DNA from: an uncultured Pseudomonadota bacterium
GTDB taxonomy: Bacteria; Pseudomonadota; Alphaproteobacteria; RF32; CAG-239
Reading direction: 5' to 3'
DNA: 64,000 nt
Assembly (NCBI GenBank): GCA_949298065.1
Contig: CASFUZ010000001.1
Span: forward strand, 101,473-165,472
Below, one piece after another: positions 1 through 9,669 of this stretch. The position numbers were made by a program, and so were the translations under genes. Every line of letters begins with the position of its first letter. The first letter of the stretch is position 1. Below the pieces are notes generated by a model. That model saw nothing but the letters and a program-made list of their open reading frames with translations. It was not told where the DNA came from and did not search any database.

Positions 1-8
1 GAAAATAA

Positions 9-599
9 ATGGCAAAAAATCAACCCATAAAATCAAGCCTAACCAATATGATTTTAGCTCTGGTTATTGTCTGTGCCTTATCAGCACTTATATTGGGCTA
101 TGTTCAACAAATAACGGCTGCTCCGATTAAGGCGGTTAAAGACAATATGGAGCTCAAAGCCATCTCCGAGATTATCCCCGAAGAGTTTGACAACAATCCT
201 TTTGCCGAAAGAACATACATCACCACCTCTCATAAGAAGAAGCTGATGATGTATCCTGTTCGCCGCAACGGCAAAATTATCGCCTTAGCCATAAAGTCTT
301 ATACCAACAAAGGCTTTGGCGGCAAAATGGAGATTATGGTCGGCTTTACCCTAGATGGCAACATCAGCGGCTATAAGCTGATTGAACATAAAGAAACCCC
401 AGGCCTTGGAACAAAAGTTGCCGAAAAATCTTTTGCCGACCAATTTAAGGGCTTAAACCCGAGCAAAATAAATTTCAAAGTAAACAAAGACGGTGGAGAT
501 ATTGATGCCGTAACGGCAGCCACCATAAGCTCACGCGCAGTCATAGATGCTATCCAGCGCGCCTATGATGCATATAGCAATTTTTCAGCAGGATTATAA
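9..599 (+). CDS. rnfG: Rnf electron transport complex subunit G
   Basis: N-terminal TM helix, HKETPGLG motif and FMN-attachment motif DAVTAATISS; upstream of rnfE/rnfA. Confidence 0.93.
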   Translation: MAKNQPIKSSLTNMILALVIVCALSALILGYVQQITAAPIKAVKDNMELKAISEIIPEEFDNNPFAERTYITTSHKKKLMMYPVRRNGKIIALAIKSYTNKGFGGKMEIMVGFTLDGNISGYKLIEHKETPGLGTKVAEKSFADQFKGLNPSKINFKVNKDGGDIDAVTAATISSRAVIDAIQRAYDAYSNFSAGL

Positions 600-602
600 G
601 AT

Positions 603-1199
603 ATGAGCTCACAAACTATTCAAAATCTGACCCGAGGCATTATTCGCGAAAACCCAACCTTTGTTATGCTTTTGGGTATGTGTCCGACTTTAGGCGTAAC
701 CACTTCAGCCGCCAATGGTTTGGGCATGGGCTTAGCAACCTTATTTGTGCTAATCTTGTCCAATTCGGCCATATCTTTGGTCAAAAACTTTATTCCCTCA
801 ATGGTGCGCATCCCTTGCTACATTGTCATAATTGCCTCATTTGTAACGGTTGTGGAGCTTTTGATGGCGGCATATCTGCCCGAACTCCATGCCCAATTAG
901 GCATTTTCATTCCGCTGATTGTGGTCAACTGCATCATCTTGGGTAGAGCAGAGGCTTTTGCAGCCGAAAACAATATGTTTCAGTCCGTGCTTGATGCAAT
1001 CGGCATGGGCTTAGGCTTCACAATCGGCTTAACATCTCTTGGCATCGTCCGTGAGATTTTGGGCTCTTATTCTGTCTTTGGCTGGAGCTTTGCAGGCGAG
1101 GGGGCATACCCGATGCTTTTGTTCATTATGCCGCCGGGAGCATTTATTGCTTTGGCCGGTTTAATCATTCTTGTCAACAAACTGCGTGGAGTAAAATAA
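603..1199 (+). CDS. rnfE: Rnf electron transport complex subunit E
   Basis: ENPTFVMLLGMCPTLGVT and IPLIVVNCIILGRAEAFA motifs; polytopic membrane protein. Confidence 0.95.
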   Translation: MSSQTIQNLTRGIIRENPTFVMLLGMCPTLGVTTSAANGLGMGLATLFVLILSNSAISLVKNFIPSMVRIPCYIVIIASFVTVVELLMAAYLPELHAQLGIFIPLIVVNCIILGRAEAFAAENNMFQSVLDAIGMGLGFTIGLTSLGIVREILGSYSVFGWSFAGEGAYPMLLFIMPPGAFIALAGLIILVNKLRGVK

Positions 1200-1775
1200 A
1201 TGAGCTACCTTATGATTTTTATTGCCGCCATTTTCGTAAACAACATTGTTTTGTCGCAGTTTTTGGGCATTTGTCCGTTTTTGGGTGTTTCCAAGAAAAT
1301 TTCTACGGCTTTGGGTATGGGCTTTGCCGTAATGTTCGTTATGACACTTTCGGCAATCGTAACTTTCCTGATTTATTATAAATTGCTGGTTCCTTATGAC
1401 CTAACCTTTATGATAACGGTAATCTTCATTTTGGTTATAGCCTCGCTTGTTCAGATGGTTGAGATAATCTTAAAGAAGGTATCACCGGCGCTTTATCAGG
1501 CTCTGGGTATCTTCTTGCCCTTAATCACCACCAACTGCGCGGTTTTAGGTGTTGCCATATTAGCCATTCAAAAGCAGTTTGGCTTGCTTTCTTCCGTATG
1601 CTATGGTCTGGCCAATGCCATGGGCTTCACCTTGGCGATTGTCCTATTTGCCGGCTTAAGGGAGAGAATGTCCCGAACCAAACTTCCGGCTGTTATCAAA
1701 GGCACGCCGATAGCTCTTATCACAGCTGGTCTACTATCAATGGCTTTTATGGGTTTTGCCGGAATAGGGCACTAG
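1200..1775 (+). CDS. rnfA: Rnf electron transport complex subunit A
   Basis: NNIVLSQFLGICPFLGVS and LGIFLPLITTNCAVLG motifs. Confidence 0.95.
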   Translation: MSYLMIFIAAIFVNNIVLSQFLGICPFLGVSKKISTALGMGFAVMFVMTLSAIVTFLIYYKLLVPYDLTFMITVIFILVIASLVQMVEIILKKVSPALYQALGIFLPLITTNCAVLGVAILAIQKQFGLLSSVCYGLANAMGFTLAIVLFAGLRERMSRTKLPAVIKGTPIALITAGLLSMAFMGFAGIGH

Positions 1776-1784
1776 TTTATTGCC

Positions 1785-1831
1785 AAAAAGAAAGGGTTTT
1801 GCTCAAAAATGAAGCAAAACCCTTTCTTTTT
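1785..1831. terminator. Bidirectional intrinsic terminator
   Basis: AAAAAGAAAGGGTTTTGCT...AGCAAAACCCTTTCTTTTT inverted repeat between convergent genes. Confidence 0.85.
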
Positions 1832-1833
1832 CA

Positions 1834-2616
1834 TCATCTATTCCAGGTGTTTATAAAACAACGCCTAATTGGAACATAATTTTCCCTCAAAGGATAGACC
1901 TGATTATCATTATCCAAAATCATAGCCTCACCCTTGAAAGAATCAATTCGGCGCAAAATATTTTTATTATGAGAAAAAAGCTGATGCAAAGAGGATTTTT
2001 CCACTACAGCATCTTCAAAAACATATTGCCGTCCTTCGCCTTCAACATCAAAAGTCGCATCTGAATAGTAGACACAAGAAAAAGCTTCAAAACCAATGAT
2101 ATCATCATACTTCATCTTAGTTGTAATCTCGGATAAGACACAAAAATCAGACTTTTCTTGACCGATAACCCGAAAAACAGGTTCAGACAACAACCAAGCT
2201 TTACCGTTTAAGCGCACATTTTCTCCGGCCAGTTTGCGACAAAAACCATCACTTAAAACAATATCATTTTCACCCACCGGCATAAATTGTGTTCCGGCAG
2301 CCCGAGAACAATATACAAATGACTTAAAGCCTTTTTCCTCAACAGATTCAATCCATCTTATTCCTGAGGAATTAAGCATTTGTTTTCCCTCATCAATAGA
2401 AAACTCTTTGCCAAAGATATAAGTTACAGGCTCTTCACGTTGTTTAATGAGAGTTTTATAACGACCATAGCACTTATCGCGACTAAGAACAATATACATA
2501 CCGCCGCTTTGATACATCTTAATCACAGCTTCTCTAAAAGTCCGTTGTCTGACAGCTGTATTCAAACCATCAGCTTCCCCGATAGAATATAAGGGAACTT
2601 CAATAATACTTTTCAT
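1834..2616 (-). CDS. Hypothetical protein
   Basis: 260-aa ORF ending at the terminator; no recognisable motif. Confidence 0.65.
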   Translation of the reverse strand: MKSIIEVPLYSIGEADGLNTAVRQRTFREAVIKMYQSGGMYIVLSRDKCYGRYKTLIKQREEPVTYIFGKEFSIDEGKQMLNSSGIRWIESVEEKGFKSFVYCSRAAGTQFMPVGENDIVLSDGFCRKLAGENVRLNGKAWLLSEPVFRVIGQEKSDFCVLSEITTKMKYDDIIGFEAFSCVYYSDATFDVEGEGRQYVFEDAVVEKSSLHQLFSHNKNILRRIDSFKGEAMILDNDNQVYPLRENYVPIRRCFINTWNR

Positions 2617-2685
2617 AAATTATATATTTTTTAGTGAATAATAGATTTTAACTATCTTCACTACAAACATATTTTGACGAAAAAA

Positions 2686-3330
2686 TCAACATTTTTTGAG
2701 CAAATCGGTAATTTTTTGGACAATTTCTTCAAACATTTCATAGGTCAAAACGCCTGTATTAATGTTGTAGCGAGATGTATGATAGGAATTAAGCATTAGG
2801 AGATTATGCTGAGGAAGCTTATGCACCGCCCCATGCGCAAACTTGAAAGCGGCCTTTTTATATCCTAACACCCCCAAAACGGCACTATGCGCCACACTTC
2901 CCAAAGTAAGGATAATTTTAAGATTTTTCATATCCCAGATTTCCTCAATTAAGAACTTACCGCAAGTTTTGACCTCATCGCCGATAACTTTGTTTTGCGG
3001 CGGCACACAACGAACGGAATTTGTAACTCTGATATTTAAAAGCTCAAAACCATCATCTTTACGTTTGGCATAATTTCCTTGCGCAAAGCCATATTTTTTG
3101 AGTATCGGATATAAAACATCACCGGCATAATCATTGGTAAAGGGGCGAGCGGTCTGGTTAGCACCATTAAGTCCCGGAGCTAAACCGACAATTAAGACTT
3201 CTGCTTCAATTGGTCCAAAAGACGGAACGGGACCATTATAATAAGTAGGAAACTTAAGTTTATTATTTTCCCGAAAAGCCACCAACCGTGGACACAAAGC
3301 ACAATCCTTTAAAGGACATACAAAAGCCAT
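2686..3330 (-). CDS. Uracil-DNA glycosylase, family 5 (UdgB-like, 4Fe-4S)
   Basis: CxxCPRL, GLAPGLNGANQTARPFT, VRCVPPQNK and SYHTS motifs; start moved to ATG 3330 after GAGGAG. Confidence 0.88.
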   Translation of the reverse strand: MAFVCPLKDCALCPRLVAFRENNKLKFPTYYNGPVPSFGPIEAEVLIVGLAPGLNGANQTARPFTNDYAGDVLYPILKKYGFAQGNYAKRKDDGFELLNIRVTNSVRCVPPQNKVIGDEVKTCGKFLIEEIWDMKNLKIILTLGSVAHSAVLGVLGYKKAAFKFAHGAVHKLPQHNLLMLNSYHTSRYNINTGVLTYEMFEEIVQKITDLLKKC

Positions 3331-3509
3331 AAACTCTCTCCTCAAATTTTTTTTATAATTTAACAGAATTTTTTTATCTTGCACTCTTTAAATCTCATTT
3401 TTCACGCATATATACACCGCTGTAATGTATTATAGCCTTTTTATAATATGTAAAAGATCTGCAATTTGCAGAAGATTTTAAACAAAATTTATAAATGGAG
3501 TTTTTTATT

Positions 3510-4070
3510 ATGAAGAAAACATTACTTTTAGCCGGCGTAGCTTGTCTTTTTTCGTTTGGCGCCAATGCTGCTGATTACAGCATGAAAGAACTCAAACCTT
3601 ATGTAGGTTTGGATTATGTCTATACCAACGCCAATGTCAAAAAAGACACACATTTAAAGAAAGATTATGATTCATTGGCACTTAATGCTGGTGTAAAAAT
3701 GAATGACTACATCGGACTTGAAGCCTTCTTCCAGCAGTCTGGAGAAAGAAAATCCATGAAAGGCACGATCAACGAACTCAAATCAGAATTTTATGCTTAT
3801 GGTTTGGATATGTATGGTTACATGCCGATAGGCTGTGACGGATTAAACTTGTTGGGTTCACTTGGTTTAGCAAATTACAACGTAAAAGTAAAACATCGTA
3901 TTGTTGGCAGCGAAGACAAACAACATGTAGGCTACAGAGCAGGTATCGGTGCTCAATATGACTTCACCGAGAACTTGGCTGGCCGTTTGATGTACAGATA
4001 TTCTTACCTTGGTATGAAAGAATTGAAGAACCTCAACGAAATCACCGCAGGTGTCAGATATACTTTCTAA
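3510..4070 (+). CDS. Outer-membrane beta-barrel (OmpA-TM/porin family) protein
   Basis: Signal peptide MKKTLLLAGVACLFSFGANA, amphipathic strands, C-terminal GVRYTF; GGAG RBS before ATG 3510. Confidence 0.85.
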   Translation: MKKTLLLAGVACLFSFGANAADYSMKELKPYVGLDYVYTNANVKKDTHLKKDYDSLALNAGVKMNDYIGLEAFFQQSGERKSMKGTINELKSEFYAYGLDMYGYMPIGCDGLNLLGSLGLANYNVKVKHRIVGSEDKQHVGYRAGIGAQYDFTENLAGRLMYRYSYLGMKELKNLNEITAGVRYTF

Positions 4071-4083
4071 TCAAAACACAGAC

Positions 4084-4120
4084 AAAAAGAGCTTTGGAAC
4101 AAATCCAAAGCTCTTTTTTT
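4084..4120 (+). terminator. Intrinsic terminator
   Basis: AAAAAGAGCTTTGGA-ACAAA-TCCAAAGCTCTTTTTTT. Confidence 0.85.
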
Positions 4121-4169
4121 GTTGTCTGCAAACAGATAATATGATATTTTCCCAAACAAAGGACAAAAG

Positions 4170-5045
4170 ATGAAAAAACTGCAAAGCTTAATAGACTTTT
4201 TAGGAGAGATAAGAGAAGGCGAAATCTCTGTTGCAGACAAAGGGTTTGACGCTGCTTTTCTGACTTGGTTGACTGTGCCAAAGAACTTAAACAAAAACCT
4301 TGCCACCCAAATAGCTCTTTTATCTCCGTTAAATGAACAAATACACCACTTAGCAAAGATAAGTGAAAAAGGACATATCTTAGAACTTTATGAACAACTA
4401 AAAGAAAACCAAAATAATGAAGCTGATTTTGTGCGCTTTATTAGTGGACAAGAGAGTAGGGAGTTTTATCCCGAAGCCGCCGTTTATATTGACAAGCATC
4501 GTCAAGCAATTTTTAAGCTTTTTAAGGACATACATAATCTGAAGCGCAGTGGCTGGGTAAATCACAACGTCAGCAATCCGGAATCTGTTGCCGAACATAC
4601 ATATGCTGTAGCTCTAATGACTTTACTTTACACTCCTCAGATAATGAACAAAGACAAAGCCGTCAATATGGCGCTTTTGCACGACATTCAGGAAACAATA
4701 ATCGGTGATTATACACCGGAAGATAACATCACACCGCAAGAAAAAGCACAAAAAGAGCTCCAAGCCATCAAAAAAATCGCAAAATCACTAGAAAAACCCG
4801 AAATTTTTGCTCTTTTTGAAGAATTTGAGGCCAAAACAAGCAAAGAAAGCCGTTGGGTTAAAGATTTGGACCATTTGGATGCTGTTTTGCTTGCAAGTTA
4901 CTACGACCAACAGAAACGTGCATCTCAAACCCTTTTAGCAGAATTTAGCGCTTACGCCCAAAAAAGTTATATTGGCGGATATGAGTTTGATTTTGTTGAA
5001 AATATTTATAAAAGAGCCAACAACGCTTGTGCAAATCCTGAATAA
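4170..5045 (+). CDS. HD-domain hydrolase (YfbR/HDDC2-like) with N-terminal extension
   Basis: LKRSGWV, ESVAEH, ALLHD, IGDYTP and KDLD motifs in the C-terminal ~170 aa. Confidence 0.85.
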   Translation: MKKLQSLIDFLGEIREGEISVADKGFDAAFLTWLTVPKNLNKNLATQIALLSPLNEQIHHLAKISEKGHILELYEQLKENQNNEADFVRFISGQESREFYPEAAVYIDKHRQAIFKLFKDIHNLKRSGWVNHNVSNPESVAEHTYAVALMTLLYTPQIMNKDKAVNMALLHDIQETIIGDYTPEDNITPQEKAQKELQAIKKIAKSLEKPEIFALFEEFEAKTSKESRWVKDLDHLDAVLLASYYDQQKRASQTLLAEFSAYAQKSYIGGYEFDFVENIYKRANNACANPE

Positions 5046-5107
5046 ACATTGCCGTAAACAAGCTTTTCTGCTATGAGCAAATTAGACTAACCTTTCGGAG
5101 AAAAACT

Positions 5108-5449
5108 ATGAAAAAAAATACCGCGCTTTACATTTTGGCCATCATCATCTGCTTGGCTTTAGCCGCTTTTATCTTTCACATTCCGGCACTCAAGCATTTG
5201 TTTCATAATCTATATGCTATGTTGCAAAGCCCATATATTCTGGTTTCGGGAGCAGTTTGCGCCTTTTTGTTCATCAATACCAAAAACTACTGGCTCATTA
5301 TTGCCGGTTGCGGCATTTTAGCATCATTAATCATCCAATTTGCCATAATTGGACATGGGGCAGGGCTGTATACTTTGGCTGTACGGGCATTAGCCTTCAT
5401 TACAGTTGTATATCTGCTTAACTTGGTCAAAGTTATTTTCACCAAATAA
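5108..5449 (+). CDS. Small integral membrane protein
   Basis: 113 aa, about four hydrophobic segments, GGAG RBS. Confidence 0.75.
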   Translation: MKKNTALYILAIIICLALAAFIFHIPALKHLFHNLYAMLQSPYILVSGAVCAFLFINTKNYWLIIAGCGILASLIIQFAIIGHGAGLYTLAVRALAFITVVYLLNLVKVIFTK

Positions 5450-5680
5450 AACTTAAAAGCCTCACAACTCAGACTTAAGTTTTATATTTTATACAACTAA
5501 AGTATATATTTTTCTTTACAAACAACCTTTAAGGGTTTATTGTTGATTATAAGACAAAAAGTTGTGATAATGCGTCATAACTTTTCTTAATGAAACAAAT
5601 TCAAAATAGAATAGGACAATCTCATACAAAACACGCCTTTATCTATTTGAAAACTCTATTTAATATAAAGGATGTTCTAA

Positions 5681-6124
5681 ATGAAAAATATCATATCTAC
5701 TATAACCTTGAGCGCTATGCTGATAGGTTGCACAACATTAACCCATCAAGAACGCAATACTCTCCGCGGCCTTCAAGCCGAAGGAATTACGGTAGACAAG
5801 CCGCTTGGCAACTGGGAACGTCCGGCGAGTCCTGCAGGAGCGGGAGCTCTCAACCTATTACCAGGCTTTGGCAATTTTTATCTGGCATCAGGTAATGGCG
5901 GAGATAGCAGCCAATATCTCTATGGTTTTCTTAATCTTCTAACCTGGCCTATATCAGTTCTTTGGGGAATTCCAGAAGCGGCCATAGACGCCAATCGTAT
6001 CAATGAGAGGGAGCTCATTTACTACTACACCTTTGATAAAGCAGGAAAAGAAGCAATACAAGCCAAGGGCTTTGAACTAACGGCATCAGGTCATCTGGAA
6101 AAAATTAAAGAAGCTCAAAAATAG
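5681..6124 (+). CDS. Putative lipoprotein with hydrophobic segment
   Basis: Lipobox-like MLIGC, LLPGFGNFYL segment, AAGGA RBS. Confidence 0.75.
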   Translation: MKNIISTITLSAMLIGCTTLTHQERNTLRGLQAEGITVDKPLGNWERPASPAGAGALNLLPGFGNFYLASGNGGDSSQYLYGFLNLLTWPISVLWGIPEAAIDANRINERELIYYYTFDKAGKEAIQAKGFELTASGHLEKIKEAQK

Positions 6125-6174
6125 ATATCCCCGGGTAAACTCGGGGCTTTCTGTAAGACTTTAATAAATATAAG

Positions 6175-6640
6175 CCTCTCAGAGCGAGCTGAACGTATAA
6201 ATACCCATAAATTATTCCTCAGCTCGTTCTGAGAGGTCTTTTATTACAATAATATATTGATTTTTCATATTATATATGAGAATAGGGCTCATAAAACCCA
6301 AAATAAGATAAATAAATAATTCAGAAACAACCAAGCAAGCATTAATGACACCAGAAGGATAACGCACATATTTGTCGCAAACAAATTTTACAAGCTCACA
6401 CCAAGCACATCCATTACGTTTTTTTTGCGCGTTTTAATTAACCTTTGACAAAACGGCTAGTACCTTGAAAAACAAAAATTTTTGATGAGGGAACACCCTT
6501 AACAACAAATATATTTGTCGCATAATATATATTATGTATAAAAAGATGGATTTTAGGAGAGGTGTGCAATACCACAAAACAAAGCTCTCAGAACGAGCTC
6601 AACAAAATTCAACGCATATTTATATTTTTATACGTCAGCT
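6175..6640. repeat. Pair of inverted ~60-bp hairpin elements flanking a ~350-bp non-coding interval
   Basis: CCTCTCAGAGCGAGCTGA (6175-6192) / TCAGCTCGTTCTGAGAGG (6219-6236); inverted related copy 6585-6640; 12-bp direct repeat ATATTTGTCGCA at 6368 and 6511. Confidence 0.7.
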
Positions 6641-6661
6641 TAGCAAATCAATTCAAAAATC

Positions 6662-6988
6662 TTATGATAACTTTGCCAGATGCTTAACAATCAAATCTTT
6701 CATTACATTCAAGTCGCCATCAGCTTGCAGATAAAAATAAATTCCACCGACTATAACAATCAGCAAAACAATCATTGGCCAACTTAAGGATAAACCATTT
6801 TTCTCATCACCAATTTCCGGCAATGATTCTTTATAATAAATTCCTTTTCTTCCTGCGTGAATATAATTTCCTTTCGGCCCCATTCCGACACGCAACCCTT
6901 TAACACCGAAAGACAATCCGACACCGGATTTTGAAAAATTAATTCTTAGCGGACCAAAATTAAAACCTTTTCTTAAATAGAACCCCAT
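6662..6988 (-). CDS. DUF4236-domain protein with C-terminal TM helix
   Basis: MGFYLRKGFNFGPLRINFSKSGVGLSFGVKGLRVG is the typical DUF4236 N-terminus. Confidence 0.85.
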   Translation of the reverse strand: MGFYLRKGFNFGPLRINFSKSGVGLSFGVKGLRVGMGPKGNYIHAGRKGIYYKESLPEIGDEKNGLSLSWPMIVLLIVIVGGIYFYLQADGDLNVMKDLIVKHLAKLS

Positions 6989-7006
6989 CTTACCATCCCC
7001 ACTCTT

Positions 7007-8596
7007 TTAGACCGAAGCCTCAATCAGCGCTTTCGTATATTCTTCATGTGGATGCTCAAAAATCTGTTCTTTTGAGCCCATTTCCACAAATTTGCCATCT
7101 TTCATAACAGCAATTCTGTCAGACATAGCCCTAACAGCCTTCATATCATGCGATATAAAAATATAGCTCAAGCCTTTATCTTTCTGAATTTTTTGCAATA
7201 AATCAATAATTTGTGCCTGAATTGTAACATCTAAGGCCGAAGTTGGCTCATCTAACACCAAAATTTTTGGCTCCAAAATCAAAGCTCGCGCTATTGCAAT
7301 TCTTTGCCTTTGTCCTCCGGAAAACTCATGCGGATATTTATCAAGTACATCTTCACCAAGACCAACTTCCGCCAATGCTTTTGCAGCTAAATTTCTTTTT
7401 TCTTTTGCAGATAACTCTGGCCGATGCACTTCCAAACCTTCAGCCACAATCTGCGACACATTCATCCTCGGATTAAGTGAATTATATGGATCTTGGAAAA
7501 CAATCTGCACACTTCTTCTAAAACTTTTACTTTCTTTTCTAATTTGTTGTTTTTCTTTATTTTTTACAATAAAATTACCTTTGGCTTTAATCAAATCTAC
7601 AATCGCCATACCAAGCGTTGTTTTACCCGAACCGGACTCTCCGACAATGCCTAAAGTCTCACCTTCTCGCAAATCAAAACTGATATCATCTACAGCCTTA
7701 ACCTCGCTAATCACCCTTCCCCAAAAATTCTTCTTTAGCGGAAAATAAACTTTCGCGTCTTGAACAGAGAGCACAATATTACTTTTAATATTATCATTGT
7801 ATTTCAATGAAGAATGAGCATTAATTAAAGTTTTAGTGTAAGAATCTTTTGGGCTTTCAAAAATACTTTCCGTATTACCCTGCTCCATGATTTTACCATC
7901 TTTCATAACGACAATACGATCCGCAATTTTACGCACCAAACGCAAATCATGGCTGATAAAGATAATACTCATTCCAAGCTTTTTACGCAAATCCATCAAT
8001 AAATCAATAATTTGCGCCTGAATTGTAACATCTAAAGCTGTTGTTGGCTCATCTGCAATCAAGATTTTTGGCTTATTTGCAATCGCCATGGCAATCATCA
8101 CACGTTGCCTTTGCCCACCCGAGAGCTCAAACGGATAGGCTTTCATCCGCTCTTTAGCATTCTTAATGCCCGTTAGTTTCAGTAAATTTAAAACTTCTTT
8201 TTTTATTTGTTTTTCAGACAGTTGACTATGTAACCTTAAAGTTTCGCCAATTTGTTTTTCTATTCTGTGCAACGGGTTTAATGAGGACATTGGTTCCTGA
8301 AAAATAAAAGCAATATCAGCTCCGCGCACAGCTTGCAAATCCTTTTCATCAGCTCGGATAAGTTCTTTTCCGCCAAACTTAATAGAGCTTTGGGCTGAAT
8401 GATAAGATTTCGGATAAGGCAGCAACCCCAAAACTGACAAGGCCGTAACCGATTTTCCTGAACCGGATTCTCCCACAATCCCCAAAACCTCGCCTTCATT
8501 GAGCTTAAAGGAAATATCATCAACCGCAAGCTTGTCCGGCCTACCGTTTTCTCCCTTAAATCCGACACTTAAATGTTGCACATCTAACAAAGACAT
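7007..8596 (-). CDS. yejF: Peptide ABC transporter ATP-binding protein, duplicated ATPase (YejF-like)
   Basis: Two Walker A (GESGSGKS/T), two SGGQRQR signatures and two DEPT motifs; follows YejE-like permease. Confidence 0.88.
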   Translation of the reverse strand: MSLLDVQHLSVGFKGENGRPDKLAVDDISFKLNEGEVLGIVGESGSGKSVTALSVLGLLPYPKSYHSAQSSIKFGGKELIRADEKDLQAVRGADIAFIFQEPMSSLNPLHRIEKQIGETLRLHSQLSEKQIKKEVLNLLKLTGIKNAKERMKAYPFELSGGQRQRVMIAMAIANKPKILIADEPTTALDVTIQAQIIDLLMDLRKKLGMSIIFISHDLRLVRKIADRIVVMKDGKIMEQGNTESIFESPKDSYTKTLINAHSSLKYNDNIKSNIVLSVQDAKVYFPLKKNFWGRVISEVKAVDDISFDLREGETLGIVGESGSGKTTLGMAIVDLIKAKGNFIVKNKEKQQIRKESKSFRRSVQIVFQDPYNSLNPRMNVSQIVAEGLEVHRPELSAKEKRNLAAKALAEVGLGEDVLDKYPHEFSGGQRQRIAIARALILEPKILVLDEPTSALDVTIQAQIIDLLQKIQKDKGLSYIFISHDMKAVRAMSDRIAVMKDGKFVEMGSKEQIFEHPHEEYTKALIEASV

Positions 8597-9669
8597 CAGC
8601 TATTCTTCCTTGCATCAAAAGCATCACGCACACCCTCGCCTATAAAAATAAGCAAAGTCAACAAGCTAGAGAGCACAACAAAGATGGTGATTCCAATCCA
8701 AGGCGCTTGCAGATTATCTTTACCTTGCCGCACCAAATCTCCCAAACTCGGATAATCCTGCGATAAGCCCAAACCCAAAAAATCAAGCGCGGTCAAAGCC
8801 ACAATAGCTTCCGACAAAACAAAAGGCACAAAAGTAACCGTTGCCACCACGGCGTTTGGCAAAATATGCCGAAAAATAATCCGTCCGTTGCCAACACCCA
8901 AGGCTTTTGCCGCTTTAACATATTCCAAGTTTCTGGCACGCAAAAACTCTGCGCGCACCATTCCGGTCAAACTCGTCCAAGAAAACAACATCAAAATAAT
9001 GAGCAAACTCCAAAATGTCGGTACAAAGATACTGGCAACGATAATCAGAATAAACAATTGCGGCAAAGATTCCCAAATTTCCATAAATCTTTGCATAAAG
9101 ATATCAATTTTTCCGCCCCAATACCCCTGAATAGCGCCGGCCGCAATACCGATAACCGAAGAAACCGCCGTCAACAAAAAAGCAAATACTACTGAAAGCC
9201 TGATACCATATAAGATTCTGGCCAAGATATCGCGTCCTTCATCATCAGTTCCGAGCCAATGTCTGCTACTCGGTGCCGCCGGTGTCGGAGAAAGTAAATC
9301 GTAATCTACTGTATTAAAAGAGAACGGAATAAGCGGCATAAGCATCCACCCTTCTCGCTCAACATTTTGCTTAATATACGCATCACGATAATCTGCCGGT
9401 GTCGGAAAATCTCCGCCAAATTCTTGTTCTGTATACTCAAACAAAATCGGAAAATAAAATTTTCCCTTATATTTCATAATCAGAGGTTTATCATTAGCAA
9501 TAACTTCTGAGAACAAAGACAAAGCAAACACAGCACCAAATATCACTAAAGAAACAAAAGCGCGCTTATTTTTGGCAAAAGCACATAATCGCCGTTGTGT
9601 TAGCGGAGAAAAACCTTGCCAAATATGCTCTTTAAGCCTTTCTAACAAAAGTTTATTCCTTTTGCTCAT
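8596..9669 (-). CDS. yejE: Peptide ABC transporter permease (YejE-like)
   Basis: IANDKPL, HWLGTDDEGRDILAR, RAEFLRAR and LDFLGLG motifs. Confidence 0.88.
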   Translation of the reverse strand: MSKRNKLLLERLKEHIWQGFSPLTQRRLCAFAKNKRAFVSLVIFGAVFALSLFSEVIANDKPLIMKYKGKFYFPILFEYTEQEFGGDFPTPADYRDAYIKQNVEREGWMLMPLIPFSFNTVDYDLLSPTPAAPSSRHWLGTDDEGRDILARILYGIRLSVVFAFLLTAVSSVIGIAAGAIQGYWGGKIDIFMQRFMEIWESLPQLFILIIVASIFVPTFWSLLIILMLFSWTSLTGMVRAEFLRARNLEYVKAAKALGVGNGRIIFRHILPNAVVATVTFVPFVLSEAIVALTALDFLGLGLSQDYPSLGDLVRQGKDNLQAPWIGITIFVVLSSLLTLLIFIGEGVRDAFDARKNS

